A DNA stretch of 64,000 bases from a bacterium (lineage in GTDB: Bacteria; Bacteroidota; Bacteroidia; Bacteroidales; Bacteroidaceae): the NCBI GenBank assembly GCA_963599085.1, contig CAVBVK010000004.1, forward strand, positions 23,613 through 87,612, in the 5' to 3' direction. A program made the translations under genes and the position numbers. Within the stretch, counting starts at the first letter, position 1. Each line of letters opens with the position of its first letter. The notes beneath the pieces are model-generated. The model made no database searches. It saw only the letters and a list, made by a program, of their open reading frames with translations, and was not told the DNA's origin. Of the stretch, positions 38,598 through 48,888 are shown in pieces.

Positions 38598-40328
38598 TCA
38601 GAGTTCGTCCTCTTCCGTAGGCCGTATGTCCTCAATCTGGAGCTGCACCAGATTGCGCTTGAACACATTGTCCTCAAGCGTATAGGCGATGTCGAAACTG
38701 CGCTTCGACTTGATGTATCTGGCTGACGCGCTCTGTCCGAAGGCTATTCCGTTCACCACATCGCTCGACTTGGAATCGACGAGTTCGAGCTTGATGTGCT
38801 CTTGTTCGCGTCCCACCACCTTGCTTGTGCCGTAGTCATAGACACCGACAGTGCAGAACACCGGCTTCATGTTGCATGGCCCGAACGGGGCAAAACGTTT
38901 CAGGTCGTTATGCAGACGCTTCGTGATGTCCTTGAAATCGATTACGGCATCTATGCGCAGGTTGGCCTCCGTCTGCTCCGGCAGTATGTGCTCGTCCACA
39001 TATTGCTGGAAGCGTTTGCGGAAAACGGGGATGTCGTCCCAGCGCAGGGTGAGTCCGGCAGCATAGGTGTGACCGCCGAAATTCACGAGTAAGTCGCGGC
39101 AACTCTCTATCGCCGAATACACATCGAACCCCGTGACACTGCGTGCCGAGCCAGTGGCAAAGTCGCCGTCGCGTGTGAGCACCACCGTCGGGCGGAAGTA
39201 GATTTCCGTCAGCCGGGAGGCGACAATTCCTATGACGCCCTTCTTCCAGTTGGCATCGTAGAGCACGATGGACGACTGGTGGCGCTGGCTTTCAAGGCGC
39301 GACACGATGTGGTTGGCCTCCTCGGTCATCTGTTTGTCAATGTCCTTGCGCTTTTCGTTGTAGCAGTCGATGTGCTTTGCCTTGCTGAGCGCGCTCGAAA
39401 AATCCTTCTCCACGAGCAGATCGACACTTTCCCTGCCGCTCTCCATACGCCCCGACGCATTGATGCGCGGGCCTATTCTGAAGATGATGTCGCTCATTGA
39501 AAGTTCGCGCCCGTTGAGTCCGCAGACATCGATAATGGCTTTCAGGCCTATGCTCGGATTTTGGTTGAGTATTTTCAGACCGTGGTATGCAAGTATGCGG
39601 TTCTCGTCTGTCACGGGAACGATATCGGCAGCGATGCTCACGGCACACATGTCAAGCAGCGGGGAGAGGCGCGAAAAGGGTATGCCGTTGTTCTTTGCAA
39701 AAGCCTGCATAAGCTTGAAACCTACGCCGCAACCGCACAGATGCTTGAACGGATAGGTGTCGTCCTTGCGCTTGGGGTTGAGAATGGCAACGGCAGGAGG
39801 CAGTATTTCGTCAGGCTTGTGGTGGTCGCAGATGATGAAATCGATGCCGAGACTCTTGGCATAAGCTATCTCATCAACGGCCTTTATGCCGCAGTCGAGT
39901 ATTATTATGAGCTTCACTCCTGCCTCATGGGCATAGTCTATTCCCTTCATGCTAACCCCGTAGCCTTCATCGTAACGGTCGGGGATGTAGTATTCAATGT
40001 TGGAGTAGAACTGCTGTATAAACTTATATACCAATGCCACGGCCGTACATCCATCCACATCATAGTCACCATAGACCATGATGCGCTCCTTGCGCCCCAT
40101 GGCATCGTTGAGCCTGTCCACCGCCATGTCCATGTCTTTCATCAGGAACGGGTTTATCAGGTCGGCAAGCTGTGGATGGAAGAAACGCTTTGCCGCCGGC
40201 TCTGTGGTAATGCCACGCTGCAACAGCAGTTGTGCAAGAATGGGACTGATGCCCAGCTTCGTCCCCAATTCTTCGGCAAGTTGCCTGTCTTTCGGCATAG
40301 GCGGCGTGTAATTCCATTTGAATAGCAT
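38598..40328 (-). CDS. recJ: single-stranded-DNA-specific exonuclease RecJ
   Basis: DHH motifs (GDYDVDG, DCG, DHH) and the DHHA1 region (GGHxxAAG). Confidence 0.9.
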   Translation of the reverse strand: MLFKWNYTPPMPKDRQLAEELGTKLGISPILAQLLLQRGITTEPAAKRFFHPQLADLINPFLMKDMDMAVDRLNDAMGRKERIMVYGDYDVDGCTAVALVYKFIQQFYSNIEYYIPDRYDEGYGVSMKGIDYAHEAGVKLIIILDCGIKAVDEIAYAKSLGIDFIICDHHKPDEILPPAVAILNPKRKDDTYPFKHLCGCGVGFKLMQAFAKNNGIPFSRLSPLLDMCAVSIAADIVPVTDENRILAYHGLKILNQNPSIGLKAIIDVCGLNGRELSMSDIIFRIGPRINASGRMESGRESVDLLVEKDFSSALSKAKHIDCYNEKRKDIDKQMTEEANHIVSRLESQRHQSSIVLYDANWKKGVIGIVASRLTEIYFRPTVVLTRDGDFATGSARSVTGFDVYSAIESCRDLLVNFGGHTYAAGLTLRWDDIPVFRKRFQQYVDEHILPEQTEANLRIDAVIDFKDITKRLHNDLKRFAPFGPCNMKPVFCTVGVYDYGTSKVVGREQEHIKLELVDSKSSDVVNGIAFGQSASARYIKSKRSFDIAYTLEDNVFKRNLVQLQIEDIRPTEEDEL

Positions 40329-40618
40329 TTATTTCGTCTTTTTTGTTTCTTTGATTCAAGGTGGTTTGCCTATCAGGGGTAGGAATAATCGTTGTCTCCG
40401 GCTGCAAGGGGATGCTTTCTTGGCATGGTAAGCCGCAGGTGTGCGAAAGGGCAAACCGCCTGTAAAATTACAAAATAAAAACGGAACAATAAAGAAATGC
40501 GTGCTAATTATAACAAAATAATCCCCATGAATGTGCAAGAAATGTATTGCAGCATTCACAGGGATTAAGTCGAACCGCCGTGTTTCCGGCGGATATGTGT
40601 GTTTTAAGATGCCGTTTG

Positions 40619-41845
40619 TCAGTCGCCGATGCCTTTCTTGACAACAGCCTCTTCCATCTTCTTCCGGATGTCGGCAGGGATGGCGTTCTTGTTCACCATA
40701 TAGTCCATGGTGTTGGCAACGATGAAGTTCTTTGTCATGTACCAGATACCCTTGTAGTCGCCTGTCTCACCCCAAGAGTTCTTCACCATGTAGTACTCCT
40801 TGCCGTTCTGATCCTTTGCGATGCCGAAGATGAGCATTCCATGGTCGTCGGTGAGTTCCCAGTTGTCGAAACGCTCCTGACGCTGTACGGGAGTGGGCTC
40901 GAGTTCGGGAACGGTGCAGCCCAGAGAGTCAATGAGGCTTGTGCGCTTTGCGGGAGTAAGTTTAAGCCAATGTGCCATGTCACTGCCAGAAAGGCTCTCT
41001 GCCTTCTTTGTGTCCACAAAGTAAGCCAAGCCCTTGCGAGTGAAGCCCGGTTCGCTGACATCGCCGCCCCAGGCCACTGTGTAGCCGTTCATAACGGCAT
41101 TGTCGATGATGCGTGCCATGTCTTCCATAGGCAAGTTCCATGACAACGGGTTGCGCCAGTTGTCCTGTACCTCGACAGGGTACTGTGAGTAGTAAGGATG
41201 GTGTGTGTAGCTTGTAACGGTAACATAGTCGTTCCAGTCGAGGCCGAGGCTTGCGGCAAACTGCTTCGGGGTATATTCCTTGCCCTCGTAAGTGAACTTC
41301 TCGGGGCATTGGCCAAGGTAAGCGTCGAGGATACCCTGCAATCCCACCTTCCATTGGTTTGAGAGTTTCTTCTCTTTGGTCTTGGAGATGCCGGCAACGT
41401 AAGGCTCGAGCTGTCCGAAAAACTCATTGAAGTTGTTAAGGGAGTCGCCGTAGAGCGAGCCCGGGAAAGGCATGGCGTCTTCCGGACAGATACCGTGGTT
41501 TTTCAGGACAGAGAGCACATCGTAAGCCGAACCGCCCTGCGAGAACTGGCAGTCGCCGTGCAGGCGCACCACCTGAATGGCGCGTTCCATGTAGTTCTTG
41601 TTGGCAACGAACGACTCGCAAAGGTCGTATGTCTTGCCTGTCGCCTTGAGGATTTCTGCCTCAAAGAACGAGAGCGTCGAGTAGTCCCAGCATGTTCCGC
41701 TACGGTTCTGGTCCTTGATACTTGTGATAGGGTTCTCTTTCACCACGGTGAACACCGGTTTGTTGCTTTTTACAGCCTTCTTGGGCTTAGCGTTTACGCC
41801 TGTCGCGAGAACAGCGAGAAGCGCAAGAGTCAAGATTTTTTTCAT
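40619..41845 (-). CDS. secreted C1-family cysteine peptidase (aminopeptidase C/bleomycin hydrolase-like)
   Basis: Signal peptide, catalytic Cys motif QNRSGTCWDYS, PepC-like length. Confidence 0.8.
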   Translation of the reverse strand: MKKILTLALLAVLATGVNAKPKKAVKSNKPVFTVVKENPITSIKDQNRSGTCWDYSTLSFFEAEILKATGKTYDLCESFVANKNYMERAIQVVRLHGDCQFSQGGSAYDVLSVLKNHGICPEDAMPFPGSLYGDSLNNFNEFFGQLEPYVAGISKTKEKKLSNQWKVGLQGILDAYLGQCPEKFTYEGKEYTPKQFAASLGLDWNDYVTVTSYTHHPYYSQYPVEVQDNWRNPLSWNLPMEDMARIIDNAVMNGYTVAWGGDVSEPGFTRKGLAYFVDTKKAESLSGSDMAHWLKLTPAKRTSLIDSLGCTVPELEPTPVQRQERFDNWELTDDHGMLIFGIAKDQNGKEYYMVKNSWGETGDYKGIWYMTKNFIVANTMDYMVNKNAIPADIRKKMEEAVVKKGIGD

Positions 41846-41902
41846 TTTTCTTTACTATATTATCTTATTTAAGTTTACAATCCGTTTTCCATTTTTTCAT
41901 TC

Positions 41903-43303
41903 TCAATCCCCGGCCATGAACGCCTCGACATCCTTAGGATGATAAGGTATGCGCTCCTTGCCTATGAAGCGGCAACCGTCCTTTGTGATGAGGACATCGT
42001 CTTCAAGGCGTATGCCTCCGAAGTCCTTGTAGGTCTCAATCCTGTCGAAATTGAGGAATTCCTTGCAGTGTCCCGAAGCCTTCCAGTCATCGATAAGGGC
42101 AGGAATAAAGTATATTCCGGGTTCATCGGTAACGACAAAGCCCTCTTCAAGACGGCGTCCCATGCGCAGACAGTTGGTCCCGAACTGGTCAAGGCGCGGA
42201 CGGGTTTCCTCGTCAAAGCCCACGTTTGTCTGGTCAAGGTTCTCCATATCGTGCACATCCATGCCCATCATGTGTCCCAGTCCGTGCGGCAGGAACATGG
42301 CGTGTGCGCCAGCAGCCACGGCTTCGTCGGTGTCGCCCTTCATCAAGCCAAGTTCTTTCAGGCGGTCGGTCATAAGCCGGCATACAGCAAAATGAACATC
42401 CATATATTTCACTCCGGGCTTTGCCACATCAAGCACATAGTCGTGGCAAGCCTCAACTATACTGTATATCTCGAGCTGACGCTGCGTGAACTTTCCATTG
42501 ACAGGATATGTACGGGTGTTGTCCGAGCAGTAGTTGTCGATGGTTTCGGCTCCTGCGTCGCACAAAGCAAGCCTGCCGCTTTCAAGAACATCCATCGACG
42601 GGTTGCCGTGCATAATCTCACCGTGCTGGCTGAATATTGTGGGGAAGCTCACCGCAGCACCGTAAGAGTGTGCCACACCGTCCACCTGGCCGCCGATATA
42701 CTTCTCTGTCAAGCCCGGTTTTGTAAGGCGCATAGCTGTCGTGTGCATTCGGTAGCCTATCGTTGCGGCACGCTCCAGCTCCTCTATCTCCTGCCGTTCC
42801 TTTGTGGAACGCATTTTCACGACAGCCTTTATCAGCTCCATGCTTGCCGATTCCTTCTGCTGCACAGGATGGATGCCGAGCAAATCGAATATCTGAAGCT
42901 TTATGTCGTGACGGTAAGGAGGCAGGAAATGTATGCGCCGTTTCTGTCTCATGGCGTCGTTGCAGATTGTCTTCAGGCTCTTCATGGGCGCAGTGTTTGC
43001 CACTCCTACGCTATCCGCCATGTCGTGCACACTATCGACACTGCCATACCACACGATATCCTCGATGTCAATGTCATTGCCCACAAGGGTCTCGGTGTTG
43101 TTGTCAATGTCGATCACGCCCACGAGCCCGTCGCGGTTAAGCCCGAAATAATACAGGAACGACGAGTCCTGACGGAACGGGTAATACCCGTTTGAGGGAT
43201 AATTGTACGGCGACTCGTTGTTGCCGAAGAGTATGATGATGCCGTTCTTTACAAGTTCTTTCAGCTTGACGCGACGGCTAACGTAGGTTGCTTTATCAAA
43301 CAT
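41903..43303 (-). CDS. Xaa-Pro aminopeptidase (M24B)
   Basis: M24 metal ligand pattern (DAGAE, HGLGHMMGMDVHD, EPG, LEDD). Confidence 0.85.
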   Translation of the reverse strand: MFDKATYVSRRVKLKELVKNGIIILFGNNESPYNYPSNGYYPFRQDSSFLYYFGLNRDGLVGVIDIDNNTETLVGNDIDIEDIVWYGSVDSVHDMADSVGVANTAPMKSLKTICNDAMRQKRRIHFLPPYRHDIKLQIFDLLGIHPVQQKESASMELIKAVVKMRSTKERQEIEELERAATIGYRMHTTAMRLTKPGLTEKYIGGQVDGVAHSYGAAVSFPTIFSQHGEIMHGNPSMDVLESGRLALCDAGAETIDNYCSDNTRTYPVNGKFTQRQLEIYSIVEACHDYVLDVAKPGVKYMDVHFAVCRLMTDRLKELGLMKGDTDEAVAAGAHAMFLPHGLGHMMGMDVHDMENLDQTNVGFDEETRPRLDQFGTNCLRMGRRLEEGFVVTDEPGIYFIPALIDDWKASGHCKEFLNFDRIETYKDFGGIRLEDDVLITKDGCRFIGKERIPYHPKDVEAFMAGD

Positions 43304-43349
43304 GGTGGTCGTTTATGGTGTGTTCAGTAAATTTCATGCCTGTGCTTTG

Positions 43350-43357
43350 CAAAGATA
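43350..43357 (-). promoter_or_regulatory. putative -7 box TATCTTTG for the aminopeptidase P gene
   Basis: Plus strand CAAAGATA, 47 nt upstream of ATG 43303. Confidence 0.45.
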
Positions 43358-43453
43358 ATGCAAATAAAGGACAACTCAAAACATAACAACAGCTTTTCGC
43401 TTACAGATGCCTGCTTTGTTGGGAAAAATGCCCGTTTGGCCCTGCGTTTGTGG

Positions 43454-44938
43454 TTATGGGCAGAGTTTCTGTCGGTTGCCGTCCCCCACACACTTTTTCC
43501 GCCATGCCATAAACCAAATGCCGGTAAGCATTGCACACACAAAACTGATGGCATACGACAGATTCCAGTCAAGATTGAAGCTGTATTGATCGACGCACAG
43601 ATAGCAGACACATACGGCAACCATGAACATTCCAGGCAGAAGCGCGATATAATATGGCTTGTTCCGTTTTGCCAGATATATTGCGATCGTGAAGAATGTG
43701 AATATGGAGAACGTTTGGTTGAACCATGCGAAATATCGCCACAAGACATCAAACTTGACGAACAGTAAGATTATGCTTATGACAAACACCGGCATGCAAA
43801 TCAAGATGCGCTTCAAAACTTTGTCCTGCTTTATTTTGAGCATGTCAGCCAATATCAGGCGTGCGCAGCGCAACGCAGTGTCACCGGTGGTTATAGGCGC
43901 GATGACGACACCGAGAATGGCCAGCACTGCCCCAAACGACCCGAGCCAGCTGTTGCATATCCGATTGACAAAAATTGCCGGGTTTATGGTTCCGCTGTCG
44001 TCGAGCATGGCATTATATATCTTTTCGTATGGAGTGTTGCCTGCCACATCAAGTTCATTGGCAAACTGCAAGGCAGCTGCCGCCCATATCAATGCTATCA
44101 CGCCCTCGGTTATCATCGCACCGTAGAACACCCGCCTGCCGTAGCGTTCATTTTTGATGCAGCGTGCCATCAGCGGACTTTGTGTGGCGTGGAAACCACT
44201 GACGGCGCCGCAGGCTATGCAGATACACATGCAAGGGAAGACAGGAAGACTTCCGCCGGGGTAGTGGTTTTCAAAAGCGTCGGTTATTTCGGGTATCGGG
44301 GTGCCACTGTGCAGGAACACGCCGGCAAAGATGCACACCGCCATAAATATGAGCACAACGCCGAACACGGGGTATATCTTTCCTATAATCTTATTTATCG
44401 GGAGTGTTGCGGCGACCAAATAATAAAGGAATATCATCACCACCCAGAACAGATAGCTGTTGCCTGCAATACCGGCGGTGAGGTTGGCAAGCAGTCCTGC
44501 CGGGGTCTTTACGAACACGGCCACGACAAGTATCATCAGCAACAGCGCAAGATAACGTTGCGCGTTGCGTGCGAAACTGCCCATCTCGTCGCCTACAATC
44601 TCTGGAAGAGAGGCTCCGCCTCGCTTCAACGAAATCATGGCCGCCATGTAGTCGTGGGCAGCTCCGCCGAAGATACATCCCAAAACGATCCAGAAATAGG
44701 CCGACGGACCGAACAGCAAGCCCTGTATTGTCCCAAATATCGGGCCTGTGCCTGCAATGTTAAGAAACTGTATGAGAAAAACCTTCCATGTAGGCATAGG
44801 CGTGTAATCGACCCCGTCCTGCATGGCATAACACGGTGTGACGCGTTTGGCATCGGGCTGCATGATGCGCTCAACCACTTTTCCATAGATGACATATCCC
44901 AAAACAAGACATATCAGACTGACAATGAATGTGTACAT
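43454..44938 (-). CDS. cstA: carbon starvation protein A (peptide/pyruvate transporter family)
   Basis: Polytopic CstA pattern (FGHQFxAIAGxGPI-like NIAGTGPIFG). Start at ATG 44938 (MYTFIVSLICL). Confidence 0.85.
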   Translation of the reverse strand: MYTFIVSLICLVLGYVIYGKVVERIMQPDAKRVTPCYAMQDGVDYTPMPTWKVFLIQFLNIAGTGPIFGTIQGLLFGPSAYFWIVLGCIFGGAAHDYMAAMISLKRGGASLPEIVGDEMGSFARNAQRYLALLLMILVVAVFVKTPAGLLANLTAGIAGNSYLFWVVMIFLYYLVAATLPINKIIGKIYPVFGVVLIFMAVCIFAGVFLHSGTPIPEITDAFENHYPGGSLPVFPCMCICIACGAVSGFHATQSPLMARCIKNERYGRRVFYGAMITEGVIALIWAAAALQFANELDVAGNTPYEKIYNAMLDDSGTINPAIFVNRICNSWLGSFGAVLAILGVVIAPITTGDTALRCARLILADMLKIKQDKVLKRILICMPVFVISIILLFVKFDVLWRYFAWFNQTFSIFTFFTIAIYLAKRNKPYYIALLPGMFMVAVCVCYLCVDQYSFNLDWNLSYAISFVCAMLTGIWFMAWRKKCVGDGNRQKLCP

Positions 44939-45071
44939 AACTGCTTTTGAAAAAATTTCTGCAAAATTACTTTTTTTTACCGAGTGTGGCAAAAGAAAGG
45001 ACAAAGATTATCAGCGTTTCTTGCGTAAAGTTATTTTGCCGTTTACGAGTTGCCGTTTGCCCGTTTTTTCT

Positions 45072-45079
45072 TAAATTTG
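45072..45079 (+). promoter_or_regulatory. putative -7 box TAAATTTG for the patatin gene
   Basis: 23 nt upstream of ATG 45102. Confidence 0.45.
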
Positions 45080-45101
45080 CATATACAAAAGAAATGTATA
45101 T

Positions 45102-45953
45102 ATGACGATTGACGACAATACCGGGCTTGTGCTCGAGGGTGGTGGTATGCGCGGCGTGTTCACGAGCGGCGTGCTTGACGCTTTTATGAAACACGACTTG
45201 TATTTTCATTATGTCGTGGCTGTGTCGGCAGGGGCATGCAACGGCATGTCGTACATGAGCAGACAGCCAAGACGTGCAAGAGTGTCGAACATCGATTATC
45301 TGGCACGTTACAACTACATCGGATTGCGGCATCTTGTAACGCAGGGATGCATCTTCGACACCAAGCTGCTCTACGACAAATTCCCCAACCAATACATCCC
45401 TTTCGATTTCGACACCTTTTTCAACAGTCCGGGTACATTCGAAATGGTGACCACCAATTGCCTCACGGGACGCGCCATGTACCTGCATGAGAAGCATGAC
45501 CGGCAGCGCGCCCTCGATGCCGTGCGCGCGTCAAGCAGTCTGCCGTACATCAGCAAGATAGTGACTGTCGATGGCATCCCCATGCTCGACGGCGGCATTG
45601 TAGATAGCGTTCCCGTGATGCGTGCGATGGAAACGGGGCACGGCAAGAATGTGGTCGTGCTGACACGCAACAAAGGTTACCGCTCATCGGGGCACGACCG
45701 CAAAATCCCGCATTTCATATACAAGAACTACCCACGCCTGCGTGTGGTGCTGAGCCACCGTATCCAGACTTATAACAGGCAACTTGAACTCATCGACCAA
45801 CTTGAAGCGTCAGGGCAGATAGTGTGCATACGCCCCGAGCGACCTATGGAAGTGACGCGCATGGAAAAGGACACGGGGAAACTGGAACGCCTATATGAAG
45901 AAGGGTTCATGCTCGGCAACAGGTTCTGCGTGGAGCACATGGGAAACAAATGA
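45102..45953 (+). CDS. patatin-like phospholipase
   Basis: Oxyanion GGGMRG, nucleophile elbow AVSAGA, catalytic DGG. Confidence 0.85.
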   Translation: MTIDDNTGLVLEGGGMRGVFTSGVLDAFMKHDLYFHYVVAVSAGACNGMSYMSRQPRRARVSNIDYLARYNYIGLRHLVTQGCIFDTKLLYDKFPNQYIPFDFDTFFNSPGTFEMVTTNCLTGRAMYLHEKHDRQRALDAVRASSSLPYISKIVTVDGIPMLDGGIVDSVPVMRAMETGHGKNVVVLTRNKGYRSSGHDRKIPHFIYKNYPRLRVVLSHRIQTYNRQLELIDQLEASGQIVCIRPERPMEVTRMEKDTGKLERLYEEGFMLGNRFCVEHMGNK

Positions 45954-46005
45954 ACGGCACGATGTTCCCGTTGCGTCCGTGAAGCGGTTTCCCGCAGAAA
46001 GGCGT

Positions 46006-47079
46006 TTATTCCTTGGTTTTCTTCTCCACGACGAACTTCCCGTTCTGATCGACGACATACTTCTCGCCCGTCATGCCCACCTTTACCGTGACCCGAAACT
46101 GGTGCGGCGTGGCCTCCACTTCCACATTGCTTCCTGCGGGAAGAACGGCAAAATCGGCATCGGTAAGCCCCATTCCGTCAAGCGAACAGATGTAGCTGCC
46201 GCATTTCCCCATGCTGTCGAGCTGCTCATAGAACATTGCCCACAACAACCGGTAGGCATCCATATTGTACGGATACACGAAAGAATCGGTGCCCTCGCCC
46301 ACTGTCTTGGCGGAAAAATGCAGGAACCCCCACTGGTTTGGCATGTGCATATCTATGCGTCCCGTGGGAGTCCATACCCAGTTCTCCTCAGGCCCGCCCT
46401 TCTTCAGCCACTGCACGCGCGAGAAATTGAGACGCCATGTGTTGCCTGCCTGCAACGGATTGGTGAAGTTCCTGGTCACAGCCTTGTGTGGAATGGCCAT
46501 CTCCACGCTCCATGAGCGGTCGCGGTCGGTGGACTTGTTGAGCGTGCCGTCGTGCGACACGGCGAGTTTCAGCCCGGGGCAGTCCCATTGTATGTGGAAA
46601 TTTCCGCCCGAACGATAGGCGCGGTCGAGCATAAGGTCGAACACGACGCCACGTGCATTGTTCTCTATCTCAAAGTAATTCTGCCCGTCACCCGTCGGGT
46701 CGAGGAACACTTCAAAGTCGTTGTCGTGATAGATGATGGTGTCGCGCTGCGTGAGGCGTGCCACGATGTCAGGCTCTTCAAGCACTGCCGACACATACAG
46801 ATATTCATCGTCCCAAAGCAGACGCGCCTTGGTGTCATAGAGAGGCTTTGGAAAACCCTCGCCGCTTATATCGACAAACGACTCCGTTGGGGCGGCCTTC
46901 GCCCATGCTTTTTCGTTGAGCTTGCCGTCGATTTTCATCCGTTCCGTGGTGCGGTAGCACACATAATGGCGCGGTGTGGACAGTTGCCGGGCATACTTTT
47001 TGAGAAGTCCGTCCTGCGCATGAGCCGACAGCGACACGGCACAAGCCATGAACATTGCGGCAAAAACGTTTTTCTTCAT
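46006..47079 (-). CDS. secreted carbohydrate-binding family 9-like (DOMON-like) protein
   Basis: Signal peptide. N-terminal pattern IDGKLNEKAWAKA...LWDDEYLYV...DNDFEVFLDP is typical of CBM9-like modules. Confidence 0.65.
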   Translation of the reverse strand: MKKNVFAAMFMACAVSLSAHAQDGLLKKYARQLSTPRHYVCYRTTERMKIDGKLNEKAWAKAAPTESFVDISGEGFPKPLYDTKARLLWDDEYLYVSAVLEEPDIVARLTQRDTIIYHDNDFEVFLDPTGDGQNYFEIENNARGVVFDLMLDRAYRSGGNFHIQWDCPGLKLAVSHDGTLNKSTDRDRSWSVEMAIPHKAVTRNFTNPLQAGNTWRLNFSRVQWLKKGGPEENWVWTPTGRIDMHMPNQWGFLHFSAKTVGEGTDSFVYPYNMDAYRLLWAMFYEQLDSMGKCGSYICSLDGMGLTDADFAVLPAGSNVEVEATPHQFRVTVKVGMTGEKYVVDQNGKFVVEKKTKE

Positions 47080-47091
47080 TTCCTGTAAGTT

Positions 47092-47769
47092 TTATTTGTC
47101 TAACAAATCGGGGCGCAGACGCTGCGTGCGCTCCATTGCCTGTTCCATTTCCCACGACTTTATCTTCGCCTCGTTTCCGCTCAGCAGGATGTCGGGCACA
47201 CGCCAACCCTTATAGTCGGCAGGGCGCGTATAGATGGGAGCGGAAAGCATGTCGTCCTGAAAGCAGTCGCTGAGCGCACTCTGTTCGTCGCCGATCACAC
47301 CGGGGACGATGCGCACAATGGCATCAGCCATCACTGCGGCGGCAAGTTCACCACCCGTAAGCACATAGTCGCCGATGCTTATCTCGCGCGTTATGAGGTG
47401 GTCGCGCACACGCTGGTCTATACCCTTATAGTGCCCGCAGAGCATGATTATGTTGCCTTTCATCGACAGGTCGTTGGCCAGATGCTGGTCGAACCGTTCG
47501 CCGTCGGGAGATGTGTATATCACTTCGTCGTATTCGCGCTCGGCTTTCAATGCCGATATGCAGCGGTCGATTGGCTCGCACTGCATCACCATACCCGCAA
47601 ATCCCCCGTAGGGATAGTCATCCACACGCCTCCATTTGTCCGCCGAATAGTCGCGCAAGTTGTGCAGATGAATTTCCGCCAGCCCTTTCTTTTGGGCACG
47701 GGCGAGTATCGACTCGTTGATGAAGCCCTCAAGCATTTCGGGCAAAACGGTTATAATGTCTATTCTCAT
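47092..47769 (-). CDS. trmD: tRNA (guanine37-N1)-methyltransferase
   Basis: [36 protein letters not shown]. Confidence 0.95.
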   Translation of the reverse strand: MRIDIITVLPEMLEGFINESILARAQKKGLAEIHLHNLRDYSADKWRRVDDYPYGGFAGMVMQCEPIDRCISALKAEREYDEVIYTSPDGERFDQHLANDLSMKGNIIMLCGHYKGIDQRVRDHLITREISIGDYVLTGGELAAAVMADAIVRIVPGVIGDEQSALSDCFQDDMLSAPIYTRPADYKGWRVPDILLSGNEAKIKSWEMEQAMERTQRLRPDLLDK

Positions 47770-47842
47770 ATCAGTGGAAGGAGAACGTTTCCATCCTCTT
47801 TATGCTCGTTTTATAATGTCCGTACTGTTATGTTTGCCATGG

Positions 47843-47850
47843 CAAATTTA
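47843..47850 (-). promoter_or_regulatory. putative -7 box TAAATTTG for trmD
   Basis: Plus strand CAAATTTA, 74 nt upstream of the trmD ATG. Confidence 0.45.
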
Positions 47851-47932
47851 CGAAAATTCATTCATTCCACCAAAACAGCCGTTGATAATCATGCCGTCGC
47901 GCCGCAATGTCACATGCGGCAGGCAGAGGGTT

Positions 47933-48670
47933 TCACCTGTCCACCCCGAGTCCGAAAAGTGCGAAGTCGGCACGCAACGGGTCGTCGGGAAACACTTCGA
48001 GCATCGCCTCCGTGAGGCGTCGGGCAGCATTCATCGATGCCGTACGGCTGCTGAGCAGCCCCATTGCGCGCGCTTCCTGCAACACATGGGTGTCAAGTGG
48101 CATTATGAGTGTGCGGCGGTCGATGATGTCCTGCCACAGCCCCAAGTCCACCGGCGAGCCGCTGCGCACCATCCATCTGAGGAACATACACACCCTTTTG
48201 CAAGCCGACACCGCATTTTTTGGCACCACCTTGCTTGCGTCGTGTGCGGCGAAGTAGCGGCAGATGGCCGCCACCGCATCCGTTCCCGTGGCGGCATTGC
48301 GCCGGATATACTCCTTCATGCGTCCATACTCGCAGAGCATCGCCTCGTAAGCCGCCAGCAGACAGCACATGTCATGGAAGGTGTAGAGGCGGTAGAAGCA
48401 GTTGGCCGTGTCGGGAACGGCGGCACGCCAAGCTCCCGACTGCACCCAACGGTGCACGTCACCGTGCGAGGCGTTAAGCAGGCTCTGTATCTTAGGGAAG
48501 AACTGCCTGCGCGAGCCGTAGCTCAGGCACGACGCGATGAAGGCCATCGCCTCCCGGTTGTCAGCCCCTTCGACACTGTGCATGAAGCAGCTCGGGTCGG
48601 CTTTCAGGAAGTCGGCAGTCTCATATTTGTCCGCCAATGCTATTATGCGTTGCCTTGTCTCTTTTTCCAT
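47933..48670 (-). CDS. TIGR02757 (DUF2400) family protein
   Basis: N-terminal ...YETADFLKADPSCFMH and the overall 245-aa layout match my recollection of this family. Confidence 0.65.
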   Translation of the reverse strand: MEKETRQRIIALADKYETADFLKADPSCFMHSVEGADNREAMAFIASCLSYGSRRQFFPKIQSLLNASHGDVHRWVQSGAWRAAVPDTANCFYRLYTFHDMCCLLAAYEAMLCEYGRMKEYIRRNAATGTDAVAAICRYFAAHDASKVVPKNAVSACKRVCMFLRWMVRSGSPVDLGLWQDIIDRRTLIMPLDTHVLQEARAMGLLSSRTASMNAARRLTEAMLEVFPDDPLRADFALFGLGVDR

Positions 48671-48782
48671 ACATTACACATTATTTATTATATAGAGGCT
48701 GCGCAAGGCGGCTTGGTGCCTTGTCCGGCTTTCTTACGGAATGCCGCCATGACGCAATCGACAGCACCACAATACGCAGAAA

Positions 48783-48875
48783 TAAAAAAAAGCGACAGCC
48801 TTCACAGGCGACCGCTTCAAATCTTCAATAGGTATTAGCCTTTCTTTAAGGTAAAAAGATTGTTTTCAGGATAAC
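48783..48875 (-). ncRNA. candidate ~95-nt sRNA or terminated 5' leader
   Basis: Lies between a canonical TTTG-N19-TATCTTTG promoter and a hairpin (AGCGGTCGCC/GGCTGTCGCT) plus T8. The G-U pairs only work on the minus-strand RNA. No ATG inside. Confidence 0.35.
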
Positions 48876-48880
48876 TGTTG

Positions 48881-48888
48881 CAAAGATA
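48881..48888 (-). promoter_or_regulatory. putative promoter TTTG-N19-TATCTTTG
   Basis: Plus strand CAAAGATA at 48881-48888 and CAAA at 48908-48911. Confidence 0.5.

Noticed and set aside
47838-47853. An identical 15-mer CGTAAATTTGCCATG at the trmD promoter (minus strand) and at 60749-60763 (plus strand).
   Set aside because: Eight of the 15 positions are the promoter consensus TAAATTTG. The remainder is short enough to be chance, and there is no extended similarity around it.
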